A stretch of DNA of 45,197 nucleotides from Alphaproteobacteria bacterium (GTDB taxonomy: Bacteria; Pseudomonadota; Alphaproteobacteria; CAAGCB01; CAG-977). Every line of letters begins with the position of its first letter. The first letter of the stretch is position 1. Below the pieces are notes generated by a model. The model searched no databases. It was not told the DNA's origin and was given only the letters and a program-made list of their open reading frames with translations. Made by a program: the position numbers and the translations under genes. Where the stretch lies: positions 1 through 45,197 of the forward strand of contig JAZNBT010000066.1 of the NCBI GenBank assembly GCA_045587165.1, read 5' to 3'. Shown piece by piece: positions 37,285-45,197 of this stretch.

Positions 37285-37534
37285 TGTTTTTTCGATCCAT
37301 ATGAGCCGGAATAATTTTTCCGTTTTCAAATTTAGGCGGTGTATAGATGCTGTCCGTAGACGCCCGTTCCGGCTTTGAAAAAACAAACAAAAAGATTAAA
37401 ACCAATCCCAAACCGATAACGACCAAACTTTTTACGGGATAAACCAAAGGTTTTTCAGAAAGCCGTCTTTTAATCCAAAATAACAGAAAAGGTGTTAAAA
37501 ACGGCAGTAAAACAGAATAAACAATTCTAAACAT
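37274..37534 (-). CDS. Small membrane protein (DUF6111-like)
   Basis: Two TM helices plus YTPPKFENGKIIPAH, located upstream of cca as in other alphaproteobacteria. Confidence 0.7.
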   Translation of the reverse strand: MFRIVYSVLLPFLTPFLLFWIKRRLSEKPLVYPVKSLVVIGLGLVLIFLFVFSKPERASTDSIYTPPKFENGKIIPAHMDRKNNAD

Positions 37535-37600
37535 ATATCTTTAACCCTTTGGTATAATCCTTTAAACTTCATTTGTACCATGAACGGATAAAAAATAAAA

Positions 37601-38104
37601 ATGATTACGCTGCATCCTTGCAAAAACGACAAACATGACGCACGTATAGCCTTTTCTTGGCGCAACGACCCGAAAACGGTAGCATCATCTTATATCGCTT
37701 TGCCTAAATCATGGGATTCCTTTTGGCTGGAATACAGCGAAGGATATTTTATCAATAAAGATTTTTCACCCGTTTTTATTATCGAAAGCGGCGAACCGGC
37801 CGGTTTTATCCGTTTTGAAAAAACAATCTTACCGACTTATCCGAACAAAACGATCATTGAAATTATGATTAATGTCGCTCCCTATCGCCGCGGCGAAGGC
37901 ATCGGAACGGAAGCGTTAAAAACCGTTTGCCGGTATATGAAAGAAAAAAATGTTTTTGCACTGTTGGCAGATATCAGAAAAACCAATAAAGTCTCGCAAA
38001 CCGTTTTTCAAAAAGCTGGTTTTACGCTTTTTGAAGAAAGAACGGAATATATTTCAAAAACAAAAGAAAATTGCTGTATATTGTGTTATCTTCGTAAATT
38101 ATAG
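37601..38104 (+). CDS. GNAT N-acetyltransferase (PseH/RimJ-like)
   Basis: WRNDP, GFIRF, RGEGIG and N..S..VFQKAGF. Confidence 0.85.
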   Translation: MITLHPCKNDKHDARIAFSWRNDPKTVASSYIALPKSWDSFWLEYSEGYFINKDFSPVFIIESGEPAGFIRFEKTILPTYPNKTIIEIMINVAPYRRGEGIGTEALKTVCRYMKEKNVFALLADIRKTNKVSQTVFQKAGFTLFEERTEYISKTKENCCILCYLRKL

Positions 38105-38150
38105 AGTTTTTAATATTTTTCGAAGATAATTATAAAAAACGGAGTTTCGG

Positions 38151-39305
38151 ATGACTTTATTGCATTATTTTATTTTTCTGGGTTGTCTGCTGACAGCAAA
38201 CATCGCCGTTTTATACATTTACTTTCTGCGCCGCGAAATGCAGAATTTTGAACAAATCCACAATCGGATTATGACCCCCGCTTTGCCGAAAGCGTATCCC
38301 ATATTGATTTTCAGTTTCTTTGCCGGTGCGGCGGCTTTATTTTACTTTACGACAGATAAAACTTGGTTTTTCGAATTCAAGTTTCTTTATTTTTTAGGAT
38401 TTGCCCTTATCTTTACCGCGTTGGGATTTATTTCAACAAAAAAAATATTTGGAAAAATAATCAAAGCGTCATTGGAATTAGCCGGAATTACGGGTTTTGT
38501 TTTTATAGTGCGAAATAACGATCTCTTTCCGCAAAATGATTTGCCTTTATGGGTTGTTTGCGGCGGAATAGCATTAATTTGGTTCGGGCTTTTTAAATTT
38601 TTATCCGCACTTAATCGATTTGAAGGATTGATAGCGGCTCAGTCTTTTCATTTTGGTTCTTCATCTTTGTTTATTTTAATTCTGCTCTCATTTCCCTTTG
38701 TTTCATTGTTACAGGTAAACGGCATGCTGTGTGTTTTAATATTCATGCTGACGCCGTTTTATTACATTTTGCAGTATGATATGCCGCTAAAAGGAGCCAG
38801 CCTGAACGCTTTAAGCTTTATTTTGACCGGTATGTTATTTTTTATGGTCGTAACGGGAAACTGGGGTGTCGGTTTTTTAATGATGGCGTACGTTCTGTTT
38901 GAATTAACCGTTGTTAGTTGCCGATTTATTAAAAATTTAATTTTACGGCAAAAAGCCCCTTTGTTCTTTTTTGAAGTTCTGTTGGAAAAAGGCATCCCGA
39001 ATGAACAGATTATCGGTTTAATCATCCGGTATCATTTTATGGTTTTCTGCCTGATCTTTTTCTCCGTCTATCTTTCCATACAATCACAGCCCCTTCTTTT
39101 AGGCGTTCTTTTGTATCTGAAATTATACTTTAACATCATGGATCCGCGCTCGACGAAAGCATCTTTGACGGATTTGTATCAACAAGCTAAAAAAGACACC
39201 AAGAAAGGATTGACGAACACCCGCAATACAATTGCCGAATTTAAAGAAAAATATCAGACAAAAACGGTGCAAAAAGAAGAGAATAAATCCGATGAACAGC
39301 CCTGA
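38151..39305 (+). CDS. Polytopic membrane protein, likely a degenerate MraY/WecA (Glycos_transf_4)-like protein
   Basis: About 11 TM segments. 'HNRIMTP', 'ALNRFEGL' (vs NFMDGIDGL) and 'LKGASLNALSF' (vs MGDxGS..LGF). Confidence 0.55.
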   Translation: MTLLHYFIFLGCLLTANIAVLYIYFLRREMQNFEQIHNRIMTPALPKAYPILIFSFFAGAAALFYFTTDKTWFFEFKFLYFLGFALIFTALGFISTKKIFGKIIKASLELAGITGFVFIVRNNDLFPQNDLPLWVVCGGIALIWFGLFKFLSALNRFEGLIAAQSFHFGSSSLFILILLSFPFVSLLQVNGMLCVLIFMLTPFYYILQYDMPLKGASLNALSFILTGMLFFMVVTGNWGVGFLMMAYVLFELTVVSCRFIKNLILRQKAPLFFFEVLLEKGIPNEQIIGLIIRYHFMVFCLIFFSVYLSIQSQPLLLGVLLYLKLYFNIMDPRSTKASLTDLYQQAKKDTKKGLTNTRNTIAEFKEKYQTKTVQKEENKSDEQP

Positions 39306-40623
39306 TTTATTAACACGCTATTTAGCTGTTGAAATATTCGATGCCGTTTTCAGAAAAAATAAAGGACTGGAAGACGAATATTCCTTTTGCATGGAACGAC
39401 AGGAAAAAAAGCAACCGCTTGAAAACAGGGACAGAACTTTTGTCCGTCTTCTGGCGACCGTTATGTTGCGTCGTTTGGGACAAATCGACGACATTATCAA
39501 ACGTTTTTTAAAACATCCGTTGCCGGATAAAGCGCATTATGTTCTGGATATTCTCAGAATCAGCACCGCACAGTTGGTTTTTTTAGATACGCCGCCTCAT
39601 GCCGCCGTTTCGACAGGAGTGTCATTGATCAAACAAAACAGGGAATTCAGCGGTTTTTCGGCCTTGACCAATGCCGTTTTGCGCCGAATATCCCAAGAAG
39701 GAAAACAAATCGCCGAAACTCAAGATCCCGCACAATTAAACATTCCGTCATGGTTGTATGAAAAATGGGAAAAAGAATACGGTCGGGAAAATGCCCGTAA
39801 AATCGCCGATGTCGGTTTACAAGAAGCCCCTTTGGATTTCAGCGTTAAAACAGACAACGCCTTTTGGGCGGAAAAATTACAAGCCGTCGAAATGCCGACA
39901 GGATCGCTCAGACGGGAAAAGCAGACTTCCATACCTTCTTTACCGGGGTTTGAAGACGGTCATTGGTGGATACAGGATTTATCCGCGGCAGTTCCCGCTC
40001 GCCTGTTTCATTCTTTAAACGGAAAAAAAACCGTAGATATATGCGCGGCTCCGGGCGGAAAAACAGCACAAATGATCATGGCCGGAGCCGAAGTAACCGC
40101 CATTGATGTTTCTGCCGACCGGATTAAACGATTGAATGAAAATTTGAAACGACTGAATCTGAATGCACGAATTGTTTGCGCCGATGCACGCAAATGGTGG
40201 ATGGCTGAAGGAAAAAATTCGGAAAAGTTTGACGCCGTTTTACTGGATGCCCCGTGTTCCGCTACGGGAACGTTACGCCGTCATCCGGATGTCGCATGGC
40301 ACAGAACACCGCAGGATGTCAGCCGTTTAAACCAAACGCAAAAAGAATTGTTGAAAACAGCCGTTGATATGATGACGGAAGAAGGTGAACTGATTTATTG
40401 CGTTTGTTCCATTCTGCCCGAAGAAGGACGCTTGATCATAAATGCCGCCGTAGAAGACGGATTGGTTGAACGGGTTGCTTTGACACCTGACGACGTACCC
40501 GCGGAAATGATTACAAAAGACGGTGATTTGTGTATTTTGCCGTTTTTTTATGAATCGACAGGCGGCTGCGACGGTTTTTTTGCGGCTCGTTTGAAGAAAA
40601 GAGGATTAAAATGGAAAAAATGA
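39292..40623 (+). CDS. rsmB: RsmB/NOP m5C RNA methyltransferase with a NusB-like domain
   Basis: PPHAAVS, LTNAVLR, IQD, DICAAPGGKT, LLDAPCSATG and YCVCS. Start at the ATG at 39292. Confidence 0.93.
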   Translation: MNSPDLLTRYLAVEIFDAVFRKNKGLEDEYSFCMERQEKKQPLENRDRTFVRLLATVMLRRLGQIDDIIKRFLKHPLPDKAHYVLDILRISTAQLVFLDTPPHAAVSTGVSLIKQNREFSGFSALTNAVLRRISQEGKQIAETQDPAQLNIPSWLYEKWEKEYGRENARKIADVGLQEAPLDFSVKTDNAFWAEKLQAVEMPTGSLRREKQTSIPSLPGFEDGHWWIQDLSAAVPARLFHSLNGKKTVDICAAPGGKTAQMIMAGAEVTAIDVSADRIKRLNENLKRLNLNARIVCADARKWWMAEGKNSEKFDAVLLDAPCSATGTLRRHPDVAWHRTPQDVSRLNQTQKELLKTAVDMMTEEGELIYCVCSILPEEGRLIINAAVEDGLVERVALTPDDVPAEMITKDGDLCILPFFYESTGGCDGFFAARLKKRGLKWKK

Positions 40624-41252
40624 CTGTTCTCTACCCGTTTATGGAAGACGGCTATAACGAACAAACAAAATCTTTTATCGAAGAACTGTGTTGGATCCAA
40701 CGCAGTCGGCAAATTGAGATGTTGATCACGGTTGACAAACCGGGGCGTATTTCCGCATTGTTAAAAAAAGCACGACTTCCTTATGAAGAAGTCCCTTTTT
40801 CTCATCCGGTCGGAATAAAGGATTTTTATTTTACGGCTTTGTTCAAATTGATTCGTTCGGCATTGCCTGTTTTCTTTTATTTCAGAAGCCATAAAGTCCA
40901 TATCGTTCACTGTCCGGACTTGATTTCTTTGCTATGTTGGGGAAATCCCGCTAAAATGAATCGAGCGTGTTTCATTATTTCCATTCAAGAAACCGGAAGA
41001 TTTTCACATTATACGTCGTTAATGTTGGCGGATACGGCAAAATTAGTTTGCCGAACGGAAGACATTCGCTCTAAAATTCCGCCCCGTTTTTCCAAGATCA
41101 GCGTACTGAGTCCCGTAGCGCAGCATATTTCCGAAAATACGGACATCAAAACAATACAGAAAAATACCGTCGATTTTTGGACGGAATTATATGCTTCTCT
41201 TTATATTAAACCGGATTTTAACAAAATAACCGGATTGTTGAATAAAAATTAA
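40611..41252 (+). CDS. Hypothetical protein resembling a stand-alone GT-B (GT4) N-terminal domain
   Basis: PGRISALLKKARLPY and 'FRSHKVHIVHC', with no C-terminal nucleotide-sugar-binding domain. Confidence 0.5.
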   Translation: MEKMTVLYPFMEDGYNEQTKSFIEELCWIQRSRQIEMLITVDKPGRISALLKKARLPYEEVPFSHPVGIKDFYFTALFKLIRSALPVFFYFRSHKVHIVHCPDLISLLCWGNPAKMNRACFIISIQETGRFSHYTSLMLADTAKLVCRTEDIRSKIPPRFSKISVLSPVAQHISENTDIKTIQKNTVDFWTELYASLYIKPDFNKITGLLNKN

Positions 41253-41267
41253 TCAGGAGAATAATGC

Positions 41268-41801
41268 ATGAAAAAATTCTTTATCTTTTTTTTGTTGCTG
41301 TCTTCTTTTCCCTGTGCGGCACAAAATTTAATTGATGCAAAAAAGGTGGAACATATCGGGGTTTTTGACGATTGGAACGCTTATATTTTCAACAATAAAA
41401 AAGACAAAGTCTGCTTCGTTTCCTCCATGCCGCTGAAATCAACCGGAGAATACACCCGCCGCGGCGATGTTTTTCTGATTATTTCACATCGCCCGAATGA
41501 ACATCTGTATGACGTGCTGACATTTATTGCCGGTTATACTTATCTGCCGCGTTCGGAAGTCCAGTTTCGTGTCGGCAACGTAAAGGCGTCCTTGTTCACC
41601 AGCGAAGACACCGCTTGGGCAAAGAATTTAAAAACAGATGCGGAAATAGCCAAGGCGATGAACAAAGCCGTTCGCATCACGGTCAGAGGATTGACGATTG
41701 AAGGCGTTGAAACATATGACGTCTTTTCAGCCAAAGGATTTAACAACGCCATGGAAGCCATCAATCGTTTGTGTCGCCAAAGCCCCGGATCAAACGAATA
41801 A
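41268..41801 (+). CDS. Invasion-associated locus B (IalB)-family periplasmic protein
   Basis: Signal peptide, FDDWNAY, KVCFVSS.P, RGD, AW and DVFS.KGF..AM..I..LC. Confidence 0.85.
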   Translation: MKKFFIFFLLLSSFPCAAQNLIDAKKVEHIGVFDDWNAYIFNNKKDKVCFVSSMPLKSTGEYTRRGDVFLIISHRPNEHLYDVLTFIAGYTYLPRSEVQFRVGNVKASLFTSEDTAWAKNLKTDAEIAKAMNKAVRITVRGLTIEGVETYDVFSAKGFNNAMEAINRLCRQSPGSNE

Positions 41802-41864
41802 GCTTTTTTATTTTTTTTAAAGGTGCTATGCTCTTTTCAAGAGTTTTTTACAAGGTCAAAAAGA

Positions 41865-42317
41865 ATGAATACAACGCCAGCTATTGATCCTGTTCGTCAG
41901 GAATTTATTGATATGTATGAAGAAACGCTGATTGATTTAATGGAAAAATCAGACGAATCGGATTTATCGGAAGAAGCCGAACGTTCTTTACGCGTGAACG
42001 CCATGGTTGATACGGCTTTGAACGTACGCAAGGATTTGGATCCGTTATTGGCGAACAAATTAAAATCTTTGGAAAATCTAAAAGACTACAAGCAATACCT
42101 GCTTGCTGAATTTCGTATTTTGGGATTTATTCCGAAAGCTTCTGTCGCTCGTATTTTCGCAGAATATCTGCTGTTATCTCTTTTAAACGATTTCGAAGTC
42201 GATGACAGAATCGATTTTGACGTTTTCGGTAATGACATGAATCAAGCCTTTATGCAGTTGCCGGATGATTTCAAAGATCTGCGTCGTATTTTTCCGTGGG
42301 GTCGTCTGATTGATTAA
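41865..42317 (+). CDS. Hypothetical acidic protein
   Basis: 150-aa ORF from the ATG at 41865. No recognised motif. Confidence 0.65.
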   Translation: MNTTPAIDPVRQEFIDMYEETLIDLMEKSDESDLSEEAERSLRVNAMVDTALNVRKDLDPLLANKLKSLENLKDYKQYLLAEFRILGFIPKASVARIFAEYLLLSLLNDFEVDDRIDFDVFGNDMNQAFMQLPDDFKDLRRIFPWGRLID

Positions 42318-43081
42318 TCCGATCCTTTTTTAGGCAGTTTCGTTAAAATAAATTCGGCAATGCCGGATGGCAGACAGCTGATAATCCAAGCAGAAAAAGC
42401 CAACAGGGGCGGGAAAGTGATCCGCCCTTTATTTTTGCGCAATCCTTCCGCGATAATCAGCGCCGCCTTATCCGCCGGCATTAAAAAGGGCATAGGGAAT
42501 TTATTTTTCTGCGTAATACGGGAAACGACAAAACCGGGACAAACGACATTAACTTCGACTCCATAGGGTTTTATATACCCTCGTAAAGCTTCTCCCCATG
42601 CGCGAACGGCGTTTTTGGATCCGGAATAAGCCGGCGCGGACGGCAACCCCCTGTAACCGGCCAAAGAGCTTAAAACGGCAATTTGACCGCGACCGCGGGA
42701 ACTCATTTTTTCCAATGCCGGCAAAACGGTATTCAAAACGCCGTTAACGTTGACGGCAAAAATTTTGCGCGTCGTTTCACTTGATTCCCCTGTTTTTCCG
42801 GGGCCCGCCGAAACACCGGCATTCGCGATGACTAAATCCAACCCGACGATTTTATCGCATCTGTTAATCCAGTTTTCCATGGCCGCGGCATCCGTAACAT
42901 CAACTTTTTCGGCAAAGACTTCCGCTCTTTTTTCTCGGCATTTTTCGGCGACATTGCTTAACCGTTCGACATTTTGCGCACACAAAAACAGCGTTACTCC
43001 TTTTTGCGCGTAAAACAACGCCAAAGCTTCGCCGATTCCGCTGGAAGCACCCGTGATTAAAATATGCTGTGGATTTTTCAT
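42314..43081 (-). CDS. Short-chain dehydrogenase/reductase
   Basis: TGASSGIG, NAG, SS, YSGSK, PGFV and MPFLM. Confidence 0.93.
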   Translation of the reverse strand: MKNPQHILITGASSGIGEALALFYAQKGVTLFLCAQNVERLSNVAEKCREKRAEVFAEKVDVTDAAAMENWINRCDKIVGLDLVIANAGVSAGPGKTGESSETTRKIFAVNVNGVLNTVLPALEKMSSRGRGQIAVLSSLAGYRGLPSAPAYSGSKNAVRAWGEALRGYIKPYGVEVNVVCPGFVVSRITQKNKFPMPFLMPADKAALIIAEGLRKNKGRITFPPLLAFSAWIISCLPSGIAEFILTKLPKKGSD

Positions 43082-43152
43082 TTTTAAATTCCCGTTTTAA
43101 CCAGTTTTATGTAAGGTAATGCAAACAATACAATAAATAAAGAGGCTTTAAC

Positions 43153-44025
43153 ATGGAAAGTATGACGGGATTCGGTGCCTTTTCATCGGAAAATGAAACC
43201 TTATGGACATGGACACTGCGCAGCGTTAACGGTAAAGGGCTTGAAATCCGTTGTCGTTGTCCGGCCGGTTACGAAGACATGGAACCGAAAATCCGTGAAT
43301 GTCTGCGTTCTTTTTTCACGCGCGGCAGTATATCGGTTTCTTTGGACATCGCATCGGATTTCCAACATCAAACGGCGCAGATCAATCTGCCATTTTTAGA
43401 AGAATTATGCCGTTTATCCGAAAAAATGCATGAAAAATTTCCGCTTTTAAAACCGGCTTCCATTGACGGATTAATAAACGTGCGCGGTGTCGCGGAAGTT
43501 AATCAAAACAATAGTCGCGCTCATGATGAAACAGTCCGTTTATTATTGGCTTCACTGGAAGAAGCGGCTAAATCTTTAAAAGCATCCCGCCTGACCGAAG
43601 GCGCCAAAATCGCCCTTTGCTTAAACGATCAAGTCGATCAAATCGAACGATTGGTTACGCAAGCTAAAAATCTGGCGGCGACCCAACCTGAAAAGATCCG
43701 AGAAAAACTCAAAGAAAATCTGGCATTATTAAAAGAAACGACCGATTTATCCGAAGAACGTTTCATGCAGGAAGTCACGGCATATATACTGCGCGCCGAC
43801 GTGCGCGAAGAACTCGACCGGTTGGAGGCACACGTGCATACCGCACGGGAATTGTTCGCACAACAAGGCGCCATCGGCAGAAAACTGGACTTTTTATGTC
43901 AGGAGTTTAATCGTGAAGCCAACACATTGTGTTCCAAATCAGCCGATATAGAGTTGACAAAAACGGGAATGGCGCTCAAAACAACTATAGATCAATTAAG
44001 GGAACAAATTCAAAATATCGAATAG
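43153..44025 (+). CDS. yicC: YicC/YloC-family endoribonuclease
   Basis: SMTGFG, RSVNGKGL, EELDRL, GRKLDFLCQEFNREANT and REQIQNIE. Confidence 0.95.
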   Translation: MESMTGFGAFSSENETLWTWTLRSVNGKGLEIRCRCPAGYEDMEPKIRECLRSFFTRGSISVSLDIASDFQHQTAQINLPFLEELCRLSEKMHEKFPLLKPASIDGLINVRGVAEVNQNNSRAHDETVRLLLASLEEAAKSLKASRLTEGAKIALCLNDQVDQIERLVTQAKNLAATQPEKIREKLKENLALLKETTDLSEERFMQEVTAYILRADVREELDRLEAHVHTARELFAQQGAIGRKLDFLCQEFNREANTLCSKSADIELTKTGMALKTTIDQLREQIQNIE

Positions 44026-44036
44026 GAGAAAACATC

Positions 44037-44675
44037 ATGTCGGAATCCATCAAACGCAGAGGTTTTATGTTGGTTCTTTCTTCACCTTCCGGTGCGGGAA
44101 AAACCGCCATCGCGCATCGTATTTTGGAAACAGAGGACAATATGTCGCTGTCGGTTTCCGTAACCACCCGTCCCGCCCGTCCCGGAGAAATCAACGGCAA
44201 AGATTATTTCTTCGTCGACCGCCCGACATTTGACGGCATGGTGCAACGCGATGAATTTTTGGAACATGCCGAATTTTGCGGAAACTGCTACGGAACGCCG
44301 CGCGAACCCGTACGTAAAGCGTTGGAAGAAGGCAAAGACATTCTGTTCGATATCGAATGGCAGGGAACACAACAAATCGCCGAAAACGCCCGCGAAGATC
44401 TGGTCAGCGTTTTCATTTTGCCGCCGTCAATGACGGAATTGGAACGTCGTCTGTTTTCCCGCGCCCAAGATTCCGAAGAAGTCGTCCGCCAAAGAATGGC
44501 TACCGCCGCCGCGGAAATGAGCCATTGGAACGAATATGATTATGTAATCGTCAATATCGATTTCGAAGAAAGCGTTAAAAACGTTCGTTCAATCATTCAA
44601 GCCGAACGCTTGAAACGTCAAAGACAAAACGGATTGGCCGGTTTTGTTAACAACATGCGTTCCACGGCTCTTTAA
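44037..44675 (+). CDS. gmk: Guanylate kinase
   Basis: SSPSGAGKT, SVTTR..RPGE.NGKDY, YGTP and DIEWQG. AGGAG RBS before the ATG at 44037. Confidence 0.97.
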   Translation: MSESIKRRGFMLVLSSPSGAGKTAIAHRILETEDNMSLSVSVTTRPARPGEINGKDYFFVDRPTFDGMVQRDEFLEHAEFCGNCYGTPREPVRKALEEGKDILFDIEWQGTQQIAENAREDLVSVFILPPSMTELERRLFSRAQDSEEVVRQRMATAAAEMSHWNEYDYVIVNIDFEESVKNVRSIIQAERLKRQRQNGLAGFVNNMRSTAL

Positions 44676-44738
44676 CTGCCGCGGTTAAAAAATAACCGTC
44701 ACAACCTTTGATCACTCGGAAGAGCGTTTATTTTTTCA

Positions 44739-45197
44739 CTAATCTTCCGAAACGCCGGCAGGAGGTTGTGTCGGCGGAACGGCCGCCTGATGTAACGACT
44801 TGGGAATTTTGACCCGAACAACGCCGGGCATCTTAGGAATTTTTACCATTCCCGGCGGCATCTTAATCGGCAATTTTTTCATAACCGGCATTTTCATTGC
44901 CGGCGCTTTTATTGTAGGCGGAACAGCGCTTACCTCATTTTCTACGGGCAGCGGCGGTGCCATAGGCGGAATTGTGAACATATTATCACTTTCCGATTCA
45001 CTCAAAAGATCATTTTCTTCCGGCGGCAATTCAGCCTCAACGGCCGGATATTCTTCAATGAAAGTTTCTTCTTCCGGCGGCAACTCAGCTTCAACGGCCG
45101 GATATTCTTCGGTGAAAGTTTCTTCTTCCGGCGGCAACTCAGCTTCAACGGCCGGATATTCTTTGGTGAAAGTTTCTTCTTCCGGCGGCAACTCAGC
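44739..45197 (-). CDS. C-terminal part of a repeat-rich acidic/proline-rich protein (5' end outside the window)
   Basis: The frame is open to the window edge. An 18-aa repeat is followed by a Pro/Met/Lys-rich tail. Confidence 0.75.
   Translation of the reverse strand, partial: AELPPEEETFTKEYPAVEAELPPEEETFTEEYPAVEAELPPEEETFIEEYPAVEAELPPEENDLLSESESDNMFTIPPMAPPLPVENEVSAVPPTIKAPAMKMPVMKKLPIKMPPGMVKIPKMPGVVRVKIPKSLHQAAVPPTQPPAGVSED
45015..45197 (-). repeat. 54-bp tandem repeat, at least 3.4 copies, truncated by the window edge
   Basis: Unit starts at 45015, 45069, 45123 and 45177, encoding PPEEETFTEEYPAVEAEL. Confidence 0.92.

Noticed and set aside
45015-45197. Possible CRISPR array
   Set aside because: Contiguous in-frame 54-bp units with no unique spacers and no cas genes; this is a coding tandem repeat.

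Overview
Gene-dense chromosomal backbone of an alphaproteobacterium, most likely a Rhodospirillales-like, host- or gut-associated lineage. That assignment is inferred from DUF2333, DUF6111-cca, IalB, the Suv3-like helicase-hslR-ferredoxin order, an RpoH-type dnaK promoter and a CtrA-like box. Housekeeping genes include slt, a PBP1A gene, an mlaE-mlaF-mlaD-pqiC transporter, dnaK-dnaJ, dapB, hisA-hisE-hinT, htpG, argG-argH, rpsF-rpsR-rplI-dnaB, cca, rsmB, yicC and gmk. I saw no rRNA, tRNA, CRISPR array, transposase or prophage gene. Notable points: (1) two diverged paralogous HExxH...E metallopeptidases plus a third orphan, all without signal peptides and all with a similar hydrophobic-basic C-terminal tail, a candidate translocated-effector family; (2) several apparent pseudoenzymes (Bax with E->D, trypsin domain lacking His and Ser, degenerate WecA/MraY-like and GT4-like proteins, atypical response regulator); (3) likely horizontal acquisitions or anaerobic adaptations (CatA-like gene inserted into a conserved cluster, Thermotoga/eukaryote-type ArgG, flavin reductase-di-rubredoxin with an internal RBS+ATG, FdxA-like ferredoxin with a CxxCxxC first motif); (4) a near-consensus sigma54 promoter in front of an orphan gene. 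All calls come from reading motifs by eye; no database search was run.
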